Source of the DNA: a virus
Taxonomy: Duplodnaviria > Caudoviricetes
Strand: one strand, 5' to 3'
DNA: 31,340 bases
IMG/VR virus record: IMGVR_UViG_3300025888_000024
Coordinates: 1 to 31,340 of that record
The translations under genes were made by a program, and so were the position numbers. The stretch's first letter is position 1. Every line of letters begins with the position of its first letter. Shown here piece after piece: positions 8,670-15,937 of this stretch. Below the pieces are notes generated by a model that saw only the letters and a program-made list of their open reading frames with translations, did no database searches and was not told the DNA's origin.

Positions 8670-9539
8670 ATCGAACTTCTCCATCGAAGAACGCCTGTGT
8701 CTAAATTCAACCACCTCTCACGCCTCTACGTCACCGGCGACTTCCATGTCGGCGCGAAGGGGTGCGACCACGAACTGCTCGAAGCGACGATAAAGCATAT
8801 CGAGAAAGACCCCGACGGTTACGTCCTGCTTCTCGGAGACTTGGCGGAGTGTATCAATAAGAAAGACCGCCGCTCCGACTCCACCGCGATTCATCCCAAG
8901 TTTTCCTCCGACCTTGGCAACCTCATCGGCAACCAGGAATACTACGTCCGCGAACTCCTCCGACCCTTGGCAGAGCAGGACAAGATTCTCGCGGTGATGA
9001 TGGGCAACCACGAGAGAACCTTTGAACTCAAGGACGACGTCTCAATCACTCGCAACCTCGTGCGCGACCTCAAGATACCCTACGGCGGATACTCCTGTAT
9101 CATCGCGTGGTCATTCTGTTACCAGGGAAAGAACCCCGTGAAGCGCGTATTGATTCACGCTCACCACGGTTCGGGTGGCGGGAGAAGCAGAGGCGCGAAG
9201 TTGAACAAACTTGAGGCTCAGGAAAGCGTGGTCGAGGGTTGTGACATCTACGCTAGGGGACACGCTCATCACAAGGTCACTGACAGGGATACCGCCGTTG
9301 GAGTGGGGTTCGAGAATAGCGGGAAGCCGAAACTCCAAGAGCGCAAGATAATCCTCGCCGAGTGCGGGAGTTTTCTCAAGACGCTCGAAGAGGGCGTGAC
9401 GGGATATAGTGAAGTCGCGGAGTACAAGCCCGTCGACCTGGGGGCCGTGTTCGTGGAGATTAACCCGTTCAAGCCTACGTCCAAGGGCGGGAAGCGGCTG
9501 AACGAGTACACTCTCGACGTCAGAGATTTGATGCTATGA
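8670..9539 (+). CDS. Calcineurin-like metallophosphoesterase
   Basis: Motifs GDFH, LLGDLAE, GNHE, HHG, GHAH. Start is either GTG 8697 or ATC 8670, which follows GGGAGG. Confidence 0.85.
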   Translation: MELLHRRTPVSKFNHLSRLYVTGDFHVGAKGCDHELLEATIKHIEKDPDGYVLLLGDLAECINKKDRRSDSTAIHPKFSSDLGNLIGNQEYYVRELLRPLAEQDKILAVMMGNHERTFELKDDVSITRNLVRDLKIPYGGYSCIIAWSFCYQGKNPVKRVLIHAHHGSGGGRSRGAKLNKLEAQESVVEGCDIYARGHAHHKVTDRDTAVGVGFENSGKPKLQERKIILAECGSFLKTLEEGVTGYSEVAEYKPVDLGAVFVEINPFKPTSKGGKRLNEYTLDVRDLML

Positions 9540-9541
9540 AC

Positions 9542-9742
9542 GAAATCCCCCCGAAATCGTAGATACGGATTACCTTACTTACGCGTAAGGTTACCGGATC
9601 ACTCACCTTGTGCAGAATATGCATTACATTAATGCAGTATTCCCGCATTCCTGTAATAAGGTCAAATGCGCGATAAATAGTGCATGACCCGAATGTGGCT
9701 ACGATTGTGTACACATTCCAACCCTAGCAACCGGGGGTTTTC
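9542..9742 (+). other. AT-richer intergenic region with several hairpins (candidate structured RNA)
   Basis: Four local hairpins plus long-range complementarity (see findings). Confidence 0.4.
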
Positions 9743-10120
9743 TTGCAGACACCTCAACCCACCGTCAACTATAAGTTGACAATCCCCGCCGTCCCCGCCT
9801 CCGGCAACGTCCTACTCCGCACTCACTGGGCGCAACGCAAGTTGATATTAGATGAGTGGGATAGGATGGTCTGGGCGTTGGGCAAAGAGGCGGGACTCCC
9901 AAACATGGACGCCTGCATAATCTCAGCGACGGTCTACTTCTCGACGAGCCGCAAGAGAGACGCTGATAACTTCGAGTATGGCCTCAAGAAGATACTGCAG
10001 GATTCGTTAGTCCGCTGTGGCTTTCTCCCCGACGACTCCCCCGAACAGATCACCTGGGGCTGCGTGGCACTATTGGTTGACCGCGACAACCCGCGCACGG
10101 AAGTAACTATCTCCATGTAA
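9743..10120 (+). CDS. rusA: RusA-like Holliday junction resolvase
   Basis: RKRDADN...K...QDSL...GFLPDDS...DNPRTEVTI pattern; TTG start. Confidence 0.75.
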   Translation: MQTPQPTVNYKLTIPAVPASGNVLLRTHWAQRKLILDEWDRMVWALGKEAGLPNMDACIISATVYFSTSRKRDADNFEYGLKKILQDSLVRCGFLPDDSPEQITWGCVALLVDRDNPRTEVTISM

Positions 10121-11477
10121 TACTGACTCTTCCCGGCCCCCGACCGCCACTCGCAACCTCAATCTTCTCGGCAAACAATCTCAGCGCGTGACGTTGCTCG
10201 TCCAATGTCAGAACTTCCCAGTCCGTTCTGATATCGCCTTTCCATACCGGAGGCAATCTGACTCCCGCTTCCGCTCGTTCTATCTGTGATTCCAGTTCCC
10301 GAGCTTGCGCGTTCAACGGCTCCACTTGCGCGTCATATTCGGCTATCTCGATACGCCCCTCAGTGTAGAGGTGGAGTAATCTAACGCGTTTGCCCTCCAC
10401 TTTCGTAAGACTTGAGCGCAAAGAGCGAAGTTCGGGAGCCCGTTTTTCCTGGAATTCGTAGGCGTCGACAGCTTCGGAATAGCCTCCTGAATCGATGTGG
10501 GCGAAGAGTGAATCGAGAACTGCGCGCTCGGCGATATGGTCTGTGATACCCACGCCCTTACAATCGCCCCAGACTTTGCGGCTGAGACATTCATACTGAG
10601 GAGCCGTGCCGTTGACCCTCGGCTTGTGTACCATGTCCCCCCCACACAGAGAACAGGTGAGAATCCCGCTGAGAAGGTATCGCGGGCGGGAGGGTGTGGG
10701 GAGTTTGACTTCTATCGCCCTCACCCTGTCCCATGTCTCACGGTCGACAATCGGAGGGATATCAGCGGTGTAGACCTTTCCTTGATATTCCCTCTCGCCG
10801 ACATAGGCGTGATTGCGGAGTATCACGGAGACGGTTCGTATCTGCCACCGTCCGTTACCGTTGGGGCTTGTGACTCCTCGCCTCAGAAGTTCCTTGACGA
10901 TGAACGTCTGCCCGTTGCCCCGGGCGGTCAGGTCGAATATCTCCCTGACGATGCTGGCCTTCTCCTCTTCTATTTCGATTGAGTGGTTCTCGTCGAATCG
11001 GTATCCGTAGGGTAGACGACCCCCGGGCCAGCTACCGCGCTTGGCTATCTGATTATGAGAAGCCTTAATCCATTCTGACCGCTGGTCGTTCTCGAACTCC
11101 GCAAAGAGACACAGGACGCCGGTGATAACCTTCCCGATAGACGACCGGGTGTCATACTTCCCGTCGAGCGTTACCACGTCGACGCCTCTCTTTGAGAGGA
11201 GTTCGAGGCGGGTCAGGGATTCGATAGTATTCCTGCCGACGCGGGTCATCTTGAACGCGATAACCTTGTCGCCGGACTGAAGTCTCTCCCATAGTTCGTC
11301 CCAGGCTTCGCGTTTCTTGCCCGCCTTCCCGGAGCGGTCCTCGTCAGAGTATATCTGTGTCAGGACCTCTGACTCTTTGGTACAATGATTCTCGATGGCG
11401 GCTGTCTGGATTTCAGGCGAGAGCCCGTCCTTTTCAGGTCGGTACTTCGACACTCGGATATAGCCGTAGGTCGCCAT
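10107..11477 (-). CDS. int: Large serine recombinase (serine integrase)
   Basis: YGYIRVS catalytic motif, DEDRSG, PYGY, recombinase domain, zinc ribbon (YLLSGILTCSLCG...YEC...C) and coiled coil; GGGGAGGAG RBS. Confidence 0.93.
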   Translation of the reverse strand: MATYGYIRVSKYRPEKDGLSPEIQTAAIENHCTKESEVLTQIYSDEDRSGKAGKKREAWDELWERLQSGDKVIAFKMTRVGRNTIESLTRLELLSKRGVDVVTLDGKYDTRSSIGKVITGVLCLFAEFENDQRSEWIKASHNQIAKRGSWPGGRLPYGYRFDENHSIEIEEEKASIVREIFDLTARGNGQTFIVKELLRRGVTSPNGNGRWQIRTVSVILRNHAYVGEREYQGKVYTADIPPIVDRETWDRVRAIEVKLPTPSRPRYLLSGILTCSLCGGDMVHKPRVNGTAPQYECLSRKVWGDCKGVGITDHIAERAVLDSLFAHIDSGGYSEAVDAYEFQEKRAPELRSLRSSLTKVEGKRVRLLHLYTEGRIEIAEYDAQVEPLNAQARELESQIERAEAGVRLPPVWKGDIRTDWEVLTLDEQRHALRLFAEKIEVASGGRGPGRVSITWR

Positions 11478-11496
11478 TTCTCCTCCCCGGGTAGAC

Positions 11497-11540
11497 TCCC
11501 ATATAGTATACCACGGCTGGCCGATTGTAAGTAAATGGGA
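11497..11540. other. Candidate attP site
   Basis: 44-bp imperfect dyad centred on TG (11518-11519): TCCCAT...CGGC-TG-GCCG...ATGGGA, directly upstream of the integrase. Confidence 0.55.
11505..11513 (-). promoter_or_regulatory. Extended -10 promoter for the integrase
   Basis: Minus strand TGG-TATACT, about 28 nt upstream of the int ATG. Confidence 0.55.
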
Positions 11541-11544
11541 TAGA

Positions 11545-11868
11545 CTATCGCCGCTGCCGCTTATTGTAGTCTATCAGCATTCGCAAGCTTAACCACTCAT
11601 GTTCAGCCTGTTCATGAGTGATGTCGGGATGGTTGAATAGCGCGTTTTGCAATGCCACATCCGGGCATTCTCCGACGGGAGCGAGGGAAAGCCCGAGGGC
11701 CCGCTCGATATCATCTCTCGACCGCTTGCCGGGAACACGCTTTCCCGAGAACCAGAGTGAAATCGCACCCTCGCTCATGCCGCTGATGAGGGACAGCGTA
11801 CTCCGATTCATACCACGGGAGCGAAGCTCCTCGTCGATTCTTTCCAGCCATATCTTTGCCTCTTCCAT
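11545..11868 (-). CDS. XRE-family HTH immunity repressor
   Basis: LRSRGMNRSTLSLISGMSEGAISLWFSGKRVP HTH; upstream of the integrase and divergent from the early genes. Confidence 0.85.
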   Translation of the reverse strand: MEEAKIWLERIDEELRSRGMNRSTLSLISGMSEGAISLWFSGKRVPGKRSRDDIERALGLSLAPVGECPDVALQNALFNHPDITHEQAEHEWLSLRMLIDYNKRQRR

Positions 11869-11874
11869 AATTGG

Positions 11875-11905
11875 AGTTTGGCACAATCCCGGCTTGTCTT
11901 GTCAA
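11875..11905 (-). promoter_or_regulatory. Leftward repressor promoter, possibly leaderless
   Basis: Minus strand TTGACA, 19-bp spacer, TGn-CAAACT, ending 6 nt before the ATG; no SD. Confidence 0.4.
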
Positions 11906-11923
11906 ACTTTCCAAAGAAAAGAT

Positions 11924-11952
11924 TTGACACGATAAGTGCATGGCCGTATACT
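11924..11952 (+). promoter_or_regulatory. Rightward early promoter
   Basis: TTGACA-17 bp-TATACT, near-consensus sigma70/SigA. Confidence 0.85.
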
Positions 11953-11998
11953 TAACTTGTAAAGTGTTCAAAAGGGCGCAAGCCCGGGGGGAGAGGTT

Positions 11999-12295
11999 AT
12001 GCAAGGCACCACCACAACACCGAAGCCGAAGAAACCGAAGCGCGTCACGCCATACTGCGGTAGCTGCTTGCGCGGCGAGAATAAGGTTGAAGCATCCTGC
12101 GAGGTGCGCGGCACTATCCTACGTTACGACGGGCGCACGGTACCGTATCACGCGAACCTGTGTGACGACCATTACACGATGATGACTGACGACGGCGCGG
12201 TGCTTCGCACTGTGCAGGTTTACGAGGACACCGACGCATATAACGCAACCGTTGAGTATCACGCCGCACGCGACGCATTTAAGGGAGCGGCTTGA
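11999..12295 (+). CDS. First early gene, hypothetical with CxxC/CxxH
   Basis: GGGAGAGG RBS; YCGSC...LCDDH. Confidence 0.65.
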   Translation: MQGTTTTPKPKKPKRVTPYCGSCLRGENKVEASCEVRGTILRYDGRTVPYHANLCDDHYTMMTDDGAVLRTVQVYEDTDAYNATVEYHAARDAFKGAA

Positions 12296-12364
12296 ATCAC
12301 CCACCTGCTCACAACGTAATAGCTTTTGTTAACGAGGTCATGGGGCCAGCCATCGCGAGGCATC

Positions 12365-12517
12365 ATGAACGACCAAGAGACGAAACGAAAAAAGCGCATA
12401 TCGGACCTGCAACTGGAAGCGCAAGCGTGTGCCCAGGAGATAGAACGCTTGACGGTCAGGGCGTTCCTAGCGTTGCGGGAAGCGCAGTTACTTCTGACGA
12501 CGACACGCGGGCCATGA
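12365..12517 (+). CDS. Small coiled-coil hypothetical protein
   Basis: GAGG upstream of ATG; MNDQETKRKKRISDLQLEAQ... The overlapping ORF 12292-12549 is an alternative. Confidence 0.4.
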   Translation: MNDQETKRKKRISDLQLEAQACAQEIERLTVRAFLALREAQLLLTTTRGP

Positions 12518-12553
12518 CGGAGGTAACCACATCTTTTATTTGCGACTGATGAT

Positions 12554-12580
12554 AGCCGTCCTACAGGGGCGGCTTGTTTA
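12554..12580 (+). terminator. Weak terminator-like hairpin
   Basis: AGCCGTCCT-aca-GGGGCGGCT followed by TGTTTA. Confidence 0.4.
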
Positions 12581-12597
12581 TGTGAAAAGGGGGAGCG

Positions 12598-12927
12598 ATG
12601 AAAGGAATAGATGACGATGACCTGTTGGACGCTGACCTGTCGGATGCGCTGATAGGCAGCGCAGTTCCCGAACACGATTGGGATGGGATAGTCGCATACG
12701 TCGCCGAAGGGCGACCCGCCGGGAGCTTCTTAACGGCCGTCTTCGAGAACGATCTGATGGAGGCTTGCATGTTCGCGGACGATCTAAATCAGCATGCAGT
12801 TTTCGACATTGCCGACATCCTCTACAACTGCACGCCGTCGGCTTGCCACGGTTCACGGCAGAGGGTGGAGAAATGGCAAGAGCACCGCGGGCTGAAAGGG
12901 CGCGAGTCCGAGGAGGAGGCGGTCTAG
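12598..12927 (+). CDS. Hypothetical phage protein
   Basis: GGGGGAG RBS; phage-type motif GSFLTAVFENDL...CHGS..RVEKW. Confidence 0.7.
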   Translation: MKGIDDDDLLDADLSDALIGSAVPEHDWDGIVAYVAEGRPAGSFLTAVFENDLMEACMFADDLNQHAVFDIADILYNCTPSACHGSRQRVEKWQEHRGLKGRESEEEAV

Positions 12928-13698
12928 ATGGCAGAGGAAGATACCATTTCGCAGTCATTGGTCAAGTTCCTGGGCGCGCTGGAGAATCCCAAAAGAACCG
13001 GCGAGGCCGATGCGGGGACGTACAGCTATACCTATCCCGAACTCGACAAAATCCTCGCGCATGTCAAGCCGATTGCTCTAAAACACGGCTTCGGAATCCA
13101 ACAGGATACCGTGACCAAACGTGACGAGGATGGAAGATGGACCATCGGAGTCAAGACCATCCTTGAACACACTTCGAGCCAAAAGAGGGAATCTTCCTGG
13201 CTCTCACTTCCCATCGCCAACGGAGCGCAAGCCAACGGTTCACTCGTCACCTACCTGAAGCGATATTCCCTCACGGCATTTCTGGGCATCTCGGGGGAGG
13301 ATGACGACGGAGCCGAAGCAACGGCGAAGCAGACTCAGCGCAAGCCCGCGCAAGCCGTCGGTAACACGCCCACGCCCTCAGACGGCCCTGCCCCGGAGAA
13401 GGAAGAGAGGACCCCCGGCGGCGCGTCCTCCAAGTCTCTCGGACTCGCCCGCGGTCTGTTCTTCAAGCTTCGCGATTCTGACGGGCCTATCGCAATCGCG
13501 CCCGAGAACGGCGAGACGCCCGATGTCACCGAAGTCCGCAGAGAGCAGAACTGTTTTTCGATTGCGGAATGGCTGAAGAAAAATGGCTTCGACGAGTCCA
13601 CGGGTTACGACGACGAGCTCTTCCACATGAATCAATCGACACTGTCTAAGGTTATCGACACGGTGAAGGCCGCGATTGCGAAGATGGATGTCGGATGA
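12928..13698 (+). CDS. erf: ERF-family single-strand annealing protein
   Basis: YTYPELDKIL..VKP...KHG; Q.NGS.VTYLKRYSLTAFLGI.GEDDDG signature. Confidence 0.9.
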   Translation: MAEEDTISQSLVKFLGALENPKRTGEADAGTYSYTYPELDKILAHVKPIALKHGFGIQQDTVTKRDEDGRWTIGVKTILEHTSSQKRESSWLSLPIANGAQANGSLVTYLKRYSLTAFLGISGEDDDGAEATAKQTQRKPAQAVGNTPTPSDGPAPEKEERTPGGASSKSLGLARGLFFKLRDSDGPIAIAPENGETPDVTEVRREQNCFSIAEWLKKNGFDESTGYDDELFHMNQSTLSKVIDTVKAAIAKMDVG

Positions 13699-13946
13699 TA
13701 CGGGAACTCAAGGGTCACTTCATCGACAAGGCCTTCGCCGAAGGCGAGGTCATCACTTCCAACATGGGTCACGACGACGACGGACTTCCCATCGATGAGA
13801 AGTTCTACGCCGACGATGGACGTTGCGCTGGCGAGAAAGAAGCGGCTGAAGAACAGCATCGTCTCGAAGCGGCAGACCCTTGGGACGCTGCTTTGGAGAA
13901 CGAGATAACCCGAAGCCTACGCAAGTTCAGGGGGGAGGACTCTTGA
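13695..13946 (+). CDS. Hypothetical protein
   Basis: ATGA-coupled to erf. Confidence 0.6.
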   Translation: MIRELKGHFIDKAFAEGEVITSNMGHDDDGLPIDEKFYADDGRCAGEKEAAEEQHRLEAADPWDAALENEITRSLRKFRGEDS

Positions 13947-14254
13947 TAGACCTCGCCCTCCTCAGCGCACTCACAGACAAACCTCAGTCCACGAAAGAAC
14001 TCCGCGACCTGCTTAAGTGCACCCGCAGAGATTTGCAATATTCCCGCAAGTCACTTGAGCGCGAGTTCCCGATTCTCTCTGACCAGCGGGGCCTGTGGCT
14101 GTGCGATGACCCGATCGAGTATCACCACGTCATCGCGCATGAGATCAAGCTCCTGGTGGCGGCAAGAGAACGGATAGACGATTTGGAGGAGTGTTTGCAG
14201 CACACATGGCCCGAGTTCCAGCCCCGGTTATTTCAACTCGAAGAAGCCGTTTGA
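13943..14254 (+). CDS. Winged-HTH-like hypothetical protein
   Basis: GGAGG RBS, TTG start overlapping the upstream stop; PQSTKELRDLLKCTRRDLQ...PILSDQRGLWL. Confidence 0.6.
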   Translation: MIDLALLSALTDKPQSTKELRDLLKCTRRDLQYSRKSLEREFPILSDQRGLWLCDDPIEYHHVIAHEIKLLVAARERIDDLEECLQHTWPEFQPRLFQLEEAV

Positions 14255-14279
14255 TGGTGTCGGTGGGGTGTGGTATAAT
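14251..14279 (+). promoter_or_regulatory. Internal promoter upstream of the HNH gene
   Basis: TTGATG-17 bp-TATAAT with an extended TG. Confidence 0.7.
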
Positions 14280-14286
14280 GACCTCA

Positions 14287-14421
14287 GACAAAGAAAGGTA
14301 CTCGATGTCGCAGGGTTTTTTTTACAACCACATATCAAATTACTGCCCCTTGAGCGAAAAGGCAAGCCTTGCGGCGAGTCCTTTCTTTGTCAACTCGGGG
14401 GGCAGTTTTTGTGTGGAGGTT
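14287..14421 (+). promoter_or_regulatory. Structured 5' leader with alternative pairings
   Basis: 14287-14298 pairs perfectly with 14380-14391; 14342-14354 pairs with 14394-14406, followed by a T-run. Confidence 0.6.
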
Positions 14422-14426
14422 GCCCC

Positions 14427-14999
14427 ATGAGTCTATCCAAGATACTACGCTTCGAAATCTTCAAGCGCGATGATTTCACCTGCCGGTATTGTGGCAAGAA
14501 GCCACCAGGAGTCGTCCTCGAAATCGACCACGTTATCCCAGTTGTGGAGGGCGGTGGCAACGAAGCCGCCAATCTTGTCACTTCCTGCTTTGACTGCAAC
14601 CGCGGCAAGAGCAAGCATCCTCTCGGCCAGAACCAGGAAGCATCTCTCAAGGAACCAGACTTCGCCGTTACCAAAGAACGCCTCCAACAACTAAAGGCAT
14701 GTTACGAACACCTGACCGAGATCGAATCCATGATTGATGAATACGTTGAACTTCTCGATAACTACTGGTGGCACGACTTGGGTTGTGATGATGAATACAC
14801 CTTCGGCGAGGTGCGGCTGGCATCCCTCCGCGCCTTCCTCCACAAGACTGATTACTGGACGATTCGTGAATCTATGGCGATCGCTTTTCAGACAAAGCCG
14901 TTCTGGAACGCCGATGATGACAAACTATTCCGCTATTTCTGCGGGATCGTTAACCGCAAGATACGAGGAATCGAATGGGAAGGGAACGAGAATGGCTGA
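14427..14999 (+). CDS. HNH endonuclease domain protein
   Basis: LRFEIFKRDDFTCRYCG...IDHVIP...GGN...NLVTSCFDCNRGKS; GGAGG RBS. Confidence 0.9.
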   Translation: MSLSKILRFEIFKRDDFTCRYCGKKPPGVVLEIDHVIPVVEGGGNEAANLVTSCFDCNRGKSKHPLGQNQEASLKEPDFAVTKERLQQLKACYEHLTEIESMIDEYVELLDNYWWHDLGCDDEYTFGEVRLASLRAFLHKTDYWTIRESMAIAFQTKPFWNADDDKLFRYFCGIVNRKIRGIEWEGNENG

Positions 15000-15858
15000 A
15001 CGAATCCCAGGCGCGAGACGGCGCATGATCTCGACGCGCATATCACTAAGCAAGAAGGCGGCGGCAGTCTCCTGGGCCGCAGAGGTTATCTATCTTCGAA
15101 TCATCCCACAAGCTGACGACGTCGGCAGATTGACAGCAGACCTCGAAGAATTGAGAGCCGTCGTTATCCCTCTCGGCAAGAAGGGCAAGCGGGTATCAGT
15201 CAAGCAACTGCGAGGCTGGCTGGAAGAACTTCATAATGAAGAGCTGATAGTCCTCTATTCTGACAATGGCAACGACTACCTTCAGGTGACCAACTTCGAC
15301 ACCTTCCAGACTATCAAGGGTGACAGACCCAAGACGATTACCTGTCCCGAACCTACCGAAGATGGGGTCTGGATTCCAATGGATTCCAATGCCAGCCACA
15401 GTCTTGGTCTTGGTTTAGGTTCTAGTCCTACTCGGAAAGGTCATGCGGCTGACGCCGCACTTGTGGATGAATTTGAAAACGTCTTCTGGCCCCCGGTCAG
15501 GAAGAAGGAAACCAAAGCCGACACACTCCGTCTCTTTGTCGCCCTCCGCAAGAAGGGTGTTCCCCTCGTCACCATCCTCTCGGGACTGAAGGAATACCAG
15601 CGGGCGAAAGCCGACGACGACATCAAGTACCTCATGCAACCCGCGAGGTTTCTCGGCCCTGGTCGCCATTGGGAGGAGTGGGCAGAGAAAGCGACGGTTG
15701 CCGAAGACAATGCGCGACGGTCCAGGGAAGCCCTTCAACGCCGCGAGAAGACGGTCCTCAAGAGAACCGTGCAACCGACGAATCCCAACCCTGATATGGC
15801 AAAGCAGTTGCGGGAACTGGCAAAAGACTTGGGAGAAGGCAAAGGGGTGGAGAGATGA
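14992..15858 (+). CDS. Phage replication initiator / replisome organiser
   Basis: ARRRMIS...YLRIIPQADDVGR N-terminus, low-complexity linker, FENVFWP..RKK.K...YLMQPARFL...W C-terminal domain. Confidence 0.75.
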   Translation: MAERIPGARRRMISTRISLSKKAAAVSWAAEVIYLRIIPQADDVGRLTADLEELRAVVIPLGKKGKRVSVKQLRGWLEELHNEELIVLYSDNGNDYLQVTNFDTFQTIKGDRPKTITCPEPTEDGVWIPMDSNASHSLGLGLGSSPTRKGHAADAALVDEFENVFWPPVRKKETKADTLRLFVALRKKGVPLVTILSGLKEYQRAKADDDIKYLMQPARFLGPGRHWEEWAEKATVAEDNARRSREALQRREKTVLKRTVQPTNPNPDMAKQLRELAKDLGEGKGVER

Positions 15859-15937
15859 GCCTAGAGATTTTGACTCTTGTCGCCCTCGCCACCGTGACCC
15901 TCTCTATGGCGATTGAGCGATTGATACGGAGGGAAGA

